NCBI GenBank assembly: GCA_947488655.1
Contig: CANKZZ010000007.1
Location: 24,928-88,927, forward strand
Length of the DNA: 64,000 bases
Origin: an uncultured Psychroserpens sp.
GTDB taxonomy: Bacteria > Bacteroidota > Bacteroidia > Flavobacteriales > Flavobacteriaceae
Reading direction: 5' to 3'
Each line of letters begins with the position of its first letter. Positions within the stretch are counted from its first letter, which is position 1. This document shows positions 29,054 to 37,825 of the stretch, in pieces. Below the pieces are notes generated by a model. The model saw nothing but the letters and a program-made list of their open reading frames with translations, searched no databases and was not told the origin of the DNA. Both the position numbers and the translations under genes were made by a program.

Positions 29054-29650
29054 TTATTTTTTCATAAAATCACGAAGCGTTTTATAAACATCTTCCTGAA
29101 TTTTCATGCTTTCTGGTATTTCTCTTAAAGGCTCAACTTCCTTTAAACTTTCGTGACAATCTGCTGGTAATTGTTGATATAATTGTGTTCCTTTTGTTTT
29201 CCATGCAATCATTTCGTCACTTACTTGCTTTATTACTTTTGCTGGATTACCAACTACTAAACTTCGCTTCGGAATTTTAGTTTCGGCTTTTACAAATGCC
29301 ATGGCTCCTACTATACTTTCATCTCCTATTTCGGCATCGTCCATGATAACGGTATTCATTCCAATAAGGCAATTTTTACCCAAATTGGCTCCATGTATAA
29401 TTGCTCCATGTCCAACATGCGCACTTTCTTTGAGTGTAATCGATTTACCTGGGAACATATGTACGGTACAGTTTTCTTGCACATTAACGCCATCTTCTAA
29501 AATAATTTGTCCCCAATCACCTCGAATGGCTGCTCCTGGACCAATGTAACAGTTTTTACCAATGATTATATTTCCTGTAACTGCAGCTAAAGGATGCACG
29601 AAACTTGATTTGTGAACGACTGGTGTATAACCTTTAAAACTGTAAATCAT
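29054..29650 (-). CDS. paaY: hexapeptide-repeat / gamma-carbonic-anhydrase-like protein, PaaY-type
   Basis: Left-handed beta-helix repeats with an IRGD...H..H pattern. The 198-aa length and its position next to paa genes fit PaaY. Confidence 0.7.
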   Translation of the reverse strand: MIYSFKGYTPVVHKSSFVHPLAAVTGNIIIGKNCYIGPGAAIRGDWGQIILEDGVNVQENCTVHMFPGKSITLKESAHVGHGAIIHGANLGKNCLIGMNTVIMDDAEIGDESIVGAMAFVKAETKIPKRSLVVGNPAKVIKQVSDEMIAWKTKGTQLYQQLPADCHESLKEVEPLREIPESMKIQEDVYKTLRDFMKK

Positions 29651-29697
29651 TTTTATAATATTTTTCTTTTAGAATATTAGCGAAGAATCTCTTTATA

Positions 29698-29726
29698 AGA
29701 TTTCTTCTTTCGTAGGAATTTGTTAT
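29698..29726 (-). repeat. degenerate copy of the GAGATTCCTGC-N4-GCAGGAATTTG hairpin element
   Basis: AAGATTTCTTCTTTCGTAGGAATTTGTTA matches the copy at 40690 plus 3 nt at 24/29 positions. Its TTA (29723..29725) is the stop codon of gene 29723..30475. Confidence 0.5.
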
Positions 29727-30475
29727 TTAAATCCTTTCAACTTCTCTTTTGTAAATTCTGAAAGCACAAGTCTACCGCTAATTGCAGCACGTTCTGCAAG
29801 CAAATCATCCCAATGATCTGTACCTTGCCAGAATACTTTTTTCATTTCTGTCATTGCTTCTGTGTTATATGTACATAAATGTTCTGCTGTTGTTTTAACA
29901 GCTTCATCTAGTTCTTCATTACTTTCAAAAACATGCGTGAATAAACCTTTTTGTTTTGCCCATTCTGCTGGATAAAATGTATTAGCATCAATTGCTATTT
30001 GAGACATACCGCTTAAACCTATTTTACGCTCTATTGCTGGTCCAACTACAAATGGTCCAATACCAATATTTAACTCACTTAACTTAATTGCTGCAAACTT
30101 TGAAGCCATACAATAATCTGTTGAAGCTGCTAATCCAACGCCACCACCAACAGTTTTACCTTGTATGCGACCAATAATAAATTTTGGACACTTACGCATC
30201 GCATTTATAACATTAGCAAAACCTGAAAAAAATACTTTTCCTGTTGCTTCGTCATTAATATTTATTAATTCTTTAAAACTTGCTCCAGCACAAAAGGTTC
30301 TGTCTTTTCCACTTTTAAGCACGATTACTTTAATAGCATCGTTAGTTCCTGCATCTGTTATAGTTTGTGCTAATTCTGCTAAAACATCTCCAGGTAACGA
30401 ATTATGAGCAGGATGAAAAAATTCTATGTATCCTACTTCGTTTTTTATTTCTAGTTTTACGTAAGGTTGTGTCAT
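29723..30475 (-). CDS. enoyl-CoA hydratase/isomerase (crotonase) family protein
   Basis: Has the crotonase fold motifs (FCAGASFKEL, GGGVGLA). The listed ORF starts at GTG 30478, and the adjacent ATG at 30475 is preferred. Confidence 0.8.
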   Translation of the reverse strand: MTQPYVKLEIKNEVGYIEFFHPAHNSLPGDVLAELAQTITDAGTNDAIKVIVLKSGKDRTFCAGASFKELININDEATGKVFFSGFANVINAMRKCPKFIIGRIQGKTVGGGVGLAASTDYCMASKFAAIKLSELNIGIGPFVVGPAIERKIGLSGMSQIAIDANTFYPAEWAKQKGLFTHVFESNEELDEAVKTTAEHLCTYNTEAMTEMKKVFWQGTDHWDDLLAERAAISGRLVLSEFTKEKLKGFK

Positions 30476-30484
30476 CACGATAGT

Positions 30485-30506
30485 GTTCCCGTGAAAACGG
30501 GAATCT
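30485..30506. repeat. short hairpin repeat GTTCCCGTGAAAACGGGAATCT
   Basis: 6-bp stem TTCCCG/CGGGAA with a 6-nt loop. A second copy at 33424..33445 has a compensatory stem change. Confidence 0.7.
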
Positions 30507-30520
30507 TATTAATTTTAGTT

Positions 30521-30808
30521 CTACTTAATTTTATTATACGAATCCTTCCATGTAGGATTCTTTTTTTCTATTAATTCAGTCTTCCAAGCTCTATTCCATT
30601 TCTTCATTTGCTTTTCTCTTAATTTAGCCTCTGCTTCCGTATTATATTCTTCAAAATAAATGAGCTTGTCTAAATTATATCTAGCTGAAAATGTTGTTGG
30701 ATGCGCTTTATTTTTATGTTGATTTATTCTTTTCTTTAATCGTTTTGTTTCTCCAATATATAAAACACCGTTTGGCTTATTACTTATTATGTAAACATAG
30801 TGTTTCAA
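30521..30808 (-). CDS. GIY-YIG nuclease domain protein (stand-alone, 95 aa)
   Basis: YVYIISNKPNGVLYIGETKRLKKRINQHK is a GIY-YIG/URI signature. The only possible start is TTG at 30808, because an in-frame TAA lies 4 codons upstream. Confidence 0.8.
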   Translation of the reverse strand: MKHYVYIISNKPNGVLYIGETKRLKKRINQHKNKAHPTTFSARYNLDKLIYFEEYNTEAEAKLREKQMKKWNRAWKTELIEKKNPTWKDSYNKIK

Positions 30809-30831
30809 ATTCTCTATTTTATTTTTTTAGA

Positions 30832-30849
30832 CACCCGATTTCTCGGGTG
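30832..30849. repeat. GC-rich hairpin CACCCGA-TTTC-TCGGGTG
   Basis: 7-bp stem with a 4-nt loop, between the paaZ stop and the GIY-YIG start. It has no U-run in the transcribed (minus) orientation. Confidence 0.5.
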
Positions 30850-30868
30850 CTTTGAGTAATTCAATCTT

Positions 30869-33406
30869 TTACAAAAGATTGAATTGCTCAAAGTGATGAT
30901 TTAAATGCTTGCGTTCTAAAAGATACGCTTCGTATTTATTCAATTCTCCGAAAACCAAATTTTTCAATTTCGCATCTGGATTCTCTTTATAAAATTCTAT
31001 GTATTTTTCTCTTTGTTGCTTAAATTTTTCAATAGCAGTTTCTAAATCTGGATGTTTTAAATCATCTAATTTATCTTTTTCTAACTGTGGAAATTGAGAA
31101 TTTTTAGGGAATTTTCTATAATCATATAAACTATGATGCACTTTCTCTAAAATCTTTTCTGGTGTTGCAATCTCAAAATCTTGAATGTCTCCAGAAGCAA
31201 TTTTATAGGTATATTCTAAATGCTCAATCATGTGTTGTGGTGTCATGATTCCCCATTTAGGTTTCGCATCTGCTTTCAAATTCGAAAGACATTCGTCAAT
31301 TTTTTCCGAAGTCATTTCAACAAAAGTTTCTTGCTTTTTCTCTACCATCGTTAATATGGTTGCAACAGCTACCAACGGACTATCTTTTTCTGTTTTCTGA
31401 CTTTCTGGACGATCTTCAAAATTAGCATCAAAAACCTCAACGTGCCATTTTACGATTCCGCTTGGATGTTCTGCTGAAGAAACATCTCTATCAACTTTTT
31501 CTTTACAAGTTAAACGCACATATATGGTATCATTATGATACAATGGTCTTAAAAATCGGATACTATCTAAACCATAATTAGCTGCTACAGGTCCTTTATT
31601 TGGGTATACAAATAATCCTGCTGCTGCAGAAATAATGAAATAACCATGCGCAGTTCTTTTTTCGAAAATACTACCATCTAAAGAGGTAATATCTGTATGT
31701 GCATAAAAATGATCCCAAGTTAAATTGGCAAAATTTTGAATGTCATTATCTGTAATTGTTCTTTTGTGGGTTTTTAGTGACATTCCTGGTTGAATATCTT
31801 CCCAATGGTATTGAAATGGATGCTGTTCTGCTTCTTTATATTTAGCGTTTTGCTGGTAAATACCAGTAATTTCAGTTATTGTTGTTGGCGAACCTTGAAT
31901 GGCTGTACGTTGTAAATAATGTTTTATTCCACGCATGCCTCCCATTTCTTCTCCACCTCCAGCACGACCAGGACCACCATGAACCAAATATGGTAAAGGC
32001 GAACCATGACCTGTACTTTGCTTTGCGCTTTCTCTGTTTAAGACTAAAATTCTTCCATGATGACTTGCTGCATTTATCACATAGTCTTTTGCTATCTTAT
32101 CGTCATTGGTTGCAATGGAAGACACTAACGAACCTTTACCCATTTGTGCCAAGGTAATGGCTTCATCTAAATTTTTATATGGCATTATGGTACTTACTGG
32201 ACCAAATGCTTCACGTTCATGAATCACTGTATTTTGAAAAGGGTTATCTGCTCGTAATAGAATCGGACTAATAAATGCGCCTTTTTTGGCATCTGCACCA
32301 ATAGTTTCAATTTTATCTAAATTTCCATATACAATTTGCGCTTCTTTTGACAAATCGTTAACCGAATCTCGAACAGCTTGTACTTGTTGATGACTGACTA
32401 AAGAACCCATTCTAACCTCTTTTAATCTTGGATCTCCAATAGTTACTTTATCTAGTTGTTTTGCTAACGCAGTTTGTACATCGTCAACTAATTTTTCTGG
32501 TACAATAATTCTACGAATAGCAGTACATTTTTGTCCAGCTTTAACCGTCATTTCTTTTCTGACTTCTTTTATAAACAAGTCAAATTCTGGTGTTCCAGGC
32601 ACTGCATCTTCACCTAAAATGGATGCATTTAAAGAATCGGCTTCCATGGTAAATGGTACAGATTCTTGTATTAATCTTGGATGTGCTTTTAGTAATCTTC
32701 CTGTTTGAGCAGAACCTGTAAAGGTGACTACATCCTGAGATTCGACCGTGTCTAGAATATTTTTAACCGTTCCGTTTATGATTTGTAATGCACCTTCTGG
32801 TAAAATTCCTGACTCTATAATAGTTCTTGCAACTGCTTCTGCTAAATACGATGATGAAGGTGCAGGTAACACTACTGCTGGTACTCCTGCCATCCAGTTA
32901 ACAGCACATTTTTCTAACATTCCCCATACTGGGAAATTGAAAGCGTTAATATGTACTGCAACTCCTTTTTTAGGCACCATAATATGATGCGCCATAAAGC
33001 GTCCACCACGAGATAAATCGATAGCGTCACCCTCTACGTGATAGGATTGGTTTGGAAACAACTTTCTAAGTGAAGCATTAGCAAACAGGTTACCAAAACC
33101 ACCTTCAATATCTATCCAACTATCTACTTTGGTTGCTCCAGTTCTATAGCTTAGTTCGTAAAACTGGTCTTTCATTTTGGTTAAATACAATGCTAATTTT
33201 TTAAGCATGTTTCCACGCTCTTGGAAGGTCATTTTACGAAGGACTTCTCCTCCTTTTGTTCTTCCATAGTTAAGAATTTCTGGCACATCTAATCCTTCAA
33301 TAGCAACGCTAGTAAAAGCTTCGCCAGTAATAGCATCTAGAATTGGTGTTCCTTCTTCTTTTCCTGTTGTCCATTGTCCTTGAACGTAGTGTTGTATTTT
33401 TTTCAT
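30869..33406 (-). CDS. paaZ: bifunctional aldehyde dehydrogenase / MaoC-hotdog oxepin-CoA hydrolase PaaZ with extra C-terminal DinB/DUF1569-like domain
   Basis: Domain order is ALDH (aa 1 to about 510), MaoC hotdog (about 530-685), then about 160 extra aa ending ...LLERKHLNHHFEQFNLL. Confidence 0.85.
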   Translation of the reverse strand: MKKIQHYVQGQWTTGKEEGTPILDAITGEAFTSVAIEGLDVPEILNYGRTKGGEVLRKMTFQERGNMLKKLALYLTKMKDQFYELSYRTGATKVDSWIDIEGGFGNLFANASLRKLFPNQSYHVEGDAIDLSRGGRFMAHHIMVPKKGVAVHINAFNFPVWGMLEKCAVNWMAGVPAVVLPAPSSSYLAEAVARTIIESGILPEGALQIINGTVKNILDTVESQDVVTFTGSAQTGRLLKAHPRLIQESVPFTMEADSLNASILGEDAVPGTPEFDLFIKEVRKEMTVKAGQKCTAIRRIIVPEKLVDDVQTALAKQLDKVTIGDPRLKEVRMGSLVSHQQVQAVRDSVNDLSKEAQIVYGNLDKIETIGADAKKGAFISPILLRADNPFQNTVIHEREAFGPVSTIMPYKNLDEAITLAQMGKGSLVSSIATNDDKIAKDYVINAASHHGRILVLNRESAKQSTGHGSPLPYLVHGGPGRAGGGEEMGGMRGIKHYLQRTAIQGSPTTITEITGIYQQNAKYKEAEQHPFQYHWEDIQPGMSLKTHKRTITDNDIQNFANLTWDHFYAHTDITSLDGSIFEKRTAHGYFIISAAAGLFVYPNKGPVAANYGLDSIRFLRPLYHNDTIYVRLTCKEKVDRDVSSAEHPSGIVKWHVEVFDANFEDRPESQKTEKDSPLVAVATILTMVEKKQETFVEMTSEKIDECLSNLKADAKPKWGIMTPQHMIEHLEYTYKIASGDIQDFEIATPEKILEKVHHSLYDYRKFPKNSQFPQLEKDKLDDLKHPDLETAIEKFKQQREKYIEFYKENPDAKLKNLVFGELNKYEAYLLERKHLNHHFEQFNLL

Positions 33407-33423
33407 CGATAAATTTATTTATC

Positions 33424-33445
33424 GTTTCCGTGAAAGCGGAAATCT
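33424..33445. repeat. short hairpin repeat GTTTCCGTGAAAGCGGAAATCT
   Basis: Same element as 30485..30506. The stem pair C-G is replaced by T-A (compensatory), and there is one loop change. Confidence 0.7.
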
Positions 33446-33583
33446 ATTTTTATGTCTTCTCGATACAATTTATTCATGCTTCATAAATCACTCGAAGTGA
33501 CGTTAAACTTATTATTAAACCGAACGACTGCGTTAGCGATTGAACGGTTTGTTTGAGCTCCTTTTTGTTTTTCTCAAAAAAAG

Positions 33584-33619
33584 AGCGAGTAGTGAAAGCG
33601 CGACCCTTGTGGTAACGCC
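33584..33619. repeat. 36-nt GC-rich conserved segment AGCGAGTAGTGAAAGCGCGACCCTTGTGGTAACGCC
   Basis: 28/36 identical to 40640..40675. In both copies a GAGCTC lies upstream of the segment (23 nt upstream here, 9 nt upstream at 40640). Confidence 0.55.
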
Positions 33620-33628
33620 CTAAATATG

Positions 33629-34843
33629 CTACTTACTCACATTTTCAATAATTGCAGCATAGCCTTGTCCAACACCAATGCACATTGTAATTAATGCGTA
33701 GCGTTTTTGTTGTTCTTGTAATTCTAAAGCAGCAGAATAGGCAATTCTTGCTCCTGTAACACCCAATGGATGACCAATTGCAATCGAGCCTCCATTTGGG
33801 TTTAATCTTGGGTCGTTATCTGCAATTCCCCAAGCTCTAGTACAAGCTAAAGCTTGAGCTGCGAAAGCTTCGTTAAGCTCAATAATATCCATATCGTCCA
33901 TAGTTAATCCTGCTTTTTCTAATGCTTTATTAGAAGCTTGCACTGGACCAATACCCATAATTCTTGGTTCGACACCAACCACTGCAGAACTCACTATTCT
34001 TGCTAGAGGTTTAAGATTGTATTTTTTTACTGCATCTTCGGATGCTATGATAGTTGCTGCTGCTCCATCGTTTAATCCTGATGAGTTTCCTGCGGTTACG
34101 CTTCCGCCTTCTTTTTTAAAGGCTGCTCTTAGTTTTCCTAAAACTTCTAAAGATGTGTTTGGTTTTACAAATTCATCTTTTGAAAATTGAATAGGATCTT
34201 TTTTACGTTGCGGAATTTCTACAGTGACTATTTCTTTTGCTAAGCGACCATTTTCTTGTGCTTTGGTTGCCTTTTGCTGACTCCAAAGTGCGAACTTATC
34301 TTGGTCTTCGCGAGAGATGTTATATTTTTCGACTAGATTTTCGGCAGTCATTCCCATGCCATCTGTACCATACATCTCGTGCATTTTCGGATTGATAAAG
34401 CGCCATCCGAAGGTCGAATCATACATTTTAGAATCGCCTCCAAATGCAGACGAAGGTTTTGCCATAACGTATGGACCACGTGTCATATTCTCTACACCTC
34501 CAGAAATAAATACGTCGCCATCTCCAGTTTTTATAGCACGATTTGCGTGAATAATTGCAGATAGTCCTGAACTACACAATCTGTTTACGGTCTCTCCAGG
34601 AACGGTAAACGGTAAGCCTGCTAAAAGTGAAGACATACGTGCTACATTACGGTTGTCTTCTCCAGCTTGGTTGGCACAACCCATAATAACATCGTCGTAT
34701 GCTTCTTTTGGGATGTTTGGATTTCGTTTTACAACTTCTGAGATTACTAATGCTCCTAAATCGTCTGTACGAACAGCAGATAATGTGCCTTTGTAGTTTC
34801 CTATTGGTGTTCTAATTCCGTCTATTATGTATGCTTCTTTCAT
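33629..34843 (-). CDS. paaJ: 3-oxoadipyl-CoA thiolase / acetyl-CoA C-acyltransferase
   Basis: Thiolase signatures are present: N-terminus YIIDGIRTPIG, active-site NRLCSSGL, and C-terminus GNSSGLNDGA...CIGVGQG. Confidence 0.9.
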   Translation of the reverse strand: MKEAYIIDGIRTPIGNYKGTLSAVRTDDLGALVISEVVKRNPNIPKEAYDDVIMGCANQAGEDNRNVARMSSLLAGLPFTVPGETVNRLCSSGLSAIIHANRAIKTGDGDVFISGGVENMTRGPYVMAKPSSAFGGDSKMYDSTFGWRFINPKMHEMYGTDGMGMTAENLVEKYNISREDQDKFALWSQQKATKAQENGRLAKEIVTVEIPQRKKDPIQFSKDEFVKPNTSLEVLGKLRAAFKKEGGSVTAGNSSGLNDGAAATIIASEDAVKKYNLKPLARIVSSAVVGVEPRIMGIGPVQASNKALEKAGLTMDDMDIIELNEAFAAQALACTRAWGIADNDPRLNPNGGSIAIGHPLGVTGARIAYSAALELQEQQKRYALITMCIGVGQGYAAIIENVSK

Positions 34844-35375
34844 TTTTTAGCTCTAGTTCTTTAATAATTAAATCTGCTAATTCTTTTGCTTCTGTGTAAT
34901 AATATTTATCTGTTCTAACTTTATACTTTCTTTTAACCAAAACTTTATTAGTAGTAAAATCAAATAATTTTATATAAAACAAAAATTCACATTTTTTATC
35001 TTCACAGAATTTCTTTTCGTCTTCATCGATAGTAGTTATATCAAAAAAGCAAACTGTATCATACCCTTTATTTTCAATAAATATCGTTTCTGAATTATAA
35101 AACAATTTTGAATTATCTGAATCTAAAACACTCTTAAAAGAGTATCCTGTCTTAATTTCTGACTTCTTAGTTTTTTTCCTAATTCTTTCAAAAATTAAAT
35201 CATATTGATAACTCATTTCAACATGATTAGCAGCATAGAATAATATAGAATCAGGAACCTTGTAGTTTTCAATAGTATTTGATTCTAGCAATTCAAAATT
35301 CTGCGATTCTTTTGTCTTATTTTGACCAAAAGCAGAATTGGTTACAATTAATATAATCAGTATCAATTTATTCAT
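34812..35375 (-). CDS. hypothetical secreted protein inserted in the paa cluster
   Basis: The ATG at 35375 gives MNKLILIILIVTNSAFGQ, a signal peptide. It starts 2 nt after the paaI stop, and its 3' end overlaps the paaJ start by 32 nt. It is Lys/Asp-rich and I recognise no family. Confidence 0.45.
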   Translation of the reverse strand: MNKLILIILIVTNSAFGQNKTKESQNFELLESNTIENYKVPDSILFYAANHVEMSYQYDLIFERIRKKTKKSEIKTGYSFKSVLDSDNSKLFYNSETIFIENKGYDTVCFFDITTIDEDEKKFCEDKKCEFLFYIKLFDFTTNKVLVKRKYKVRTDKYYYTEAKELADLIIKELELKNERSIHNRRN

Positions 35376-35377
35376 TC

Positions 35378-35779
35378 TTACCAATCTTTTTGAGTCCTAT
35401 AAACAACACCTTTAAATAGCGCTACTAATTCATCTCCTCGTTTGACTTCAATGATATTAAAGCCTAATTTATTTTTTACGTTTTCTATTACAGATTCTGC
35501 TGTTAAATAATCGCCTTCTTCCAATGCTTCAATATGGTTAATACTTGTTTCTATAGACACTGCATATTTACCATGTGTATTTGCTGCAAATCCGAAAGCT
35601 GTATCTGCCAATGAATAGCTTATTCCGCCATGTGCTTTACCCATACTGTTTAGCATTTCTTTTCTAATGGTCATGGCTACTTTGCAGCGACCAATTTCGC
35701 ATTCTAGGATTTCTATTCCTAGCCAAGTGCTGTAAGCATCTTGGGATAGCATTTTATGTGGAATGGCTTCGCCTTTCAT
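35378..35779 (-). CDS. paaI: hydroxyphenylacetyl-CoA thioesterase (hotdog fold)
   Basis: The HGG...LADTA motif, 133-aa length and paa context fit PaaI. Confidence 0.8.
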   Translation of the reverse strand: MKGEAIPHKMLSQDAYSTWLGIEILECEIGRCKVAMTIRKEMLNSMGKAHGGISYSLADTAFGFAANTHGKYAVSIETSINHIEALEEGDYLTAESVIENVKNKLGFNIIEVKRGDELVALFKGVVYRTQKDW

Positions 35780-36934
35780 TTAAAAAAAGGTTTTATTTTC
35801 TCTATTCATTTTTCGTAATAATGGGCTACAACGGTATCTATCTTCGTGGTATTCGTTATATAGAGCATCTAACTGTTCAACACACCAATCGATGCCTTTT
35901 TCGTCTGCCCAAGCCAATAATCCTTTAGGATAGTTGACACCTTTGGTCATTGCATTATCTATGTCTTCTGCTGAAGCAATATTTAAGAATAGTGCATCTG
36001 CTGCTTCGTTGATTAGCATGGCTAAAACTCTGTTGAAAATGGTTTCAGATAATGCTGCATCTTTTGTTGGTTCTGGTTTTACTGCTCCTTCAGAATAATC
36101 GTAATAACCTTTTCCTGATTTTCGACCTAAATAACCAGCTTCAGCAAAACGTTTTTGTGTGAATGCTGGCTTGTATCTTGGGTCGAAATAAAATGCTGTA
36201 AATACTGTTTCGGTTACTGTATAATTGACATCGTTTCCTATAAAATCCATAAGTTCAAATGGTCCCATTCTGAAACCTCCTAAACTTTTTAAACTGTAAT
36301 CTATAGTTGAGAAATCTGCTAATCCTTCTTCGTAAATACGTAATGCTTCACCATAAAAAGGTCTAGCGACTCTGTTTACAATAAATCCTGGCGTGTCTTT
36401 AGCTACAGCTACTACTTTTTTCCATTCTGAAATAGTTTGTATTGACTTTTCAAGAACCTCTTTAGACGTTTGAATAGCAGGAATAACCTCAACTAATTTC
36501 ATTAAGGGTGCAGGATTGAAAAAATGAATCCCTACGCAGCGTTCTGGTTTTTGTAATGATGCAGCAATAGAAGCAATGGATAAACTTGATGTGTTTGATG
36601 CTATGATGCAATCTTCAGAAACATAAGTTTCCAATTCTGAGAATACCTTCTTTTTAATCTCTAAATTCTCGATAATTGCTTCTATCGTTAAATTAGAATC
36701 TGCTAAATCTTTTAATGTATCAACGTAAGAAATATTAGATTGAATTCTATTTCTTTCTTCAGAATCTATTCGTCCTTTTTCAATAAGACGATTTAAAATT
36801 TTCTCTAAGGATCCTTTTGCTTTATCTAAAGCAGCTTGATTAGTATCGTATAATTTAACTGTACAACCAGAAGTTGCTGCGACTTGCGCAATACCACTTC
36901 CCATTGTTCCAGAACCTATTATTCCTACGTTCAT
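35780..36934 (-). CDS. paaH: 3-hydroxyacyl-CoA dehydrogenase (3-hydroxyadipyl-CoA dehydrogenase)
   Basis: Has an N-terminal IIGSGTMGSGIA Rossmann motif and the HFFNPAP motif, plus an extra C-terminal dimerisation repeat. Confidence 0.85.
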   Translation of the reverse strand: MNVGIIGSGTMGSGIAQVAATSGCTVKLYDTNQAALDKAKGSLEKILNRLIEKGRIDSEERNRIQSNISYVDTLKDLADSNLTIEAIIENLEIKKKVFSELETYVSEDCIIASNTSSLSIASIAASLQKPERCVGIHFFNPAPLMKLVEVIPAIQTSKEVLEKSIQTISEWKKVVAVAKDTPGFIVNRVARPFYGEALRIYEEGLADFSTIDYSLKSLGGFRMGPFELMDFIGNDVNYTVTETVFTAFYFDPRYKPAFTQKRFAEAGYLGRKSGKGYYDYSEGAVKPEPTKDAALSETIFNRVLAMLINEAADALFLNIASAEDIDNAMTKGVNYPKGLLAWADEKGIDWCVEQLDALYNEYHEDRYRCSPLLRKMNRENKTFF

Positions 36935-37717
36935 TTAATTTCCTTTAAAATTTGGTTTTCTTTTTTCTATAAATGCAGCAACGCCTTCTGCGTAATCATT
37001 GCTCTGTGCTGCTTCTATTTGTAATTTAGACTCTAAGGCTAATTGCGCTTCTAAATCGTTTGTCATAGACTTATTATATAACTCTTTTATTAACCCTAAT
37101 GCTTTGGTAGGCATGTTGGCTAATTTTACAGCTAACTTATTAATTGTTTCTTCGAATTCTTCCGTAGAAACACATTTGTAAATCATTCCCATTTTCTCCG
37201 CTTCTTCAGCTCCAATTTTATCACCTAACATGGCTAAAGCTAATGCCTTTTGAAAACCAATTAATCTTGGTAAAAAGAATGTTCCTGCACTATCTGGCAC
37301 TAAACCAATTAAACTAAATGCTTGAATAAAACTTACTTTTTCGTGAGCTACAACAATATCACAAGCTAAAGCAATATTGGCTCCTGCTCCTGCTGCCACA
37401 CCATTTACTGCTGCAATAATTGGTTTTTTAATTGCACGAATTCTAGTAATAATTGGGTTGTAGTGCTCATCTAATATTTTTTTAAATCCTGGATTTAAAT
37501 CTGGATCTGTAACTTCTTTTAAATCTTGACCTGCACAAAATGCTTTTCCGTTTCCTGTAAGTACAATCGCTCTAACATCTTCGTTTTTTTCGCACGCATC
37601 TAAAGTGTCGTGGAGACTAAATGCCATTTCACGATTGAAGCTATTGAATACTTCTGGTCTGTTTAGCGTGATATATGCTACTTTATTTTCAATTTTAAGC
37701 TCAATACTTTTACTCAT
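36935..37717 (-). CDS. paaG: crotonase-family 1,2-epoxyphenylacetyl-CoA isomerase
   Basis: ITLNRPEVFNSFNREM...FCAGQDLKE resembles E. coli PaaG (TLNRPERLNSFNDEM...FCAGQDL). Confidence 0.7.
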   Translation of the reverse strand: MSKSIELKIENKVAYITLNRPEVFNSFNREMAFSLHDTLDACEKNEDVRAIVLTGNGKAFCAGQDLKEVTDPDLNPGFKKILDEHYNPIITRIRAIKKPIIAAVNGVAAGAGANIALACDIVVAHEKVSFIQAFSLIGLVPDSAGTFFLPRLIGFQKALALAMLGDKIGAEEAEKMGMIYKCVSTEEFEETINKLAVKLANMPTKALGLIKELYNKSMTNDLEAQLALESKLQIEAAQSNDYAEGVAAFIEKRKPNFKGN

Positions 37718-37733
37718 ATTTATTTTTTATTAT

Positions 37734-37760
37734 GGATTCCGCATCAAGTGCGGAATGACA
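37734..37760. repeat. hairpin repeat GGATTCCGCA-TCAAG-TGCGGAATGACA
   Basis: 8-bp stem ATTCCGCA/TGCGGAAT. It shares the ATTCC...GGAAT arms and GACA tail logic with the other elements. Confidence 0.65.
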
Positions 37761-37796
37761 AATCGTTTTATTTAATAATCTCTCATTTGCTTTTTT

Positions 37797-37825
37797 GAGA
37801 TTCTTCGCTTCGCTCTGAATGACAT
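37797..37825. repeat. sequence repeat GAGATTCTTCGCTTCGCTCTGAATGACAT
   Basis: 26-nt core identical to 38340..38365. It abuts the paaD stop (37825..37827). Confidence 0.7.

Noticed and set aside
30832-30849. GC-rich hairpin as the rho-independent terminator of paaZ
   Set aside because: In the transcribed (minus) orientation the stem is followed by an A-run, not a U-run. On the plus strand no gene ends there. It is kept only as a hairpin repeat or structure.
37770-37823. Mini-ORF MSFRAKRRISKKQMRDY encoded on the minus strand inside the ATTCTTCGCTTCGCTCTGAATGACAT repeat
   Set aside because: The ATG is part of the repeat consensus, and the second copy has a different downstream frame. This is a typical repeat-derived artefact.
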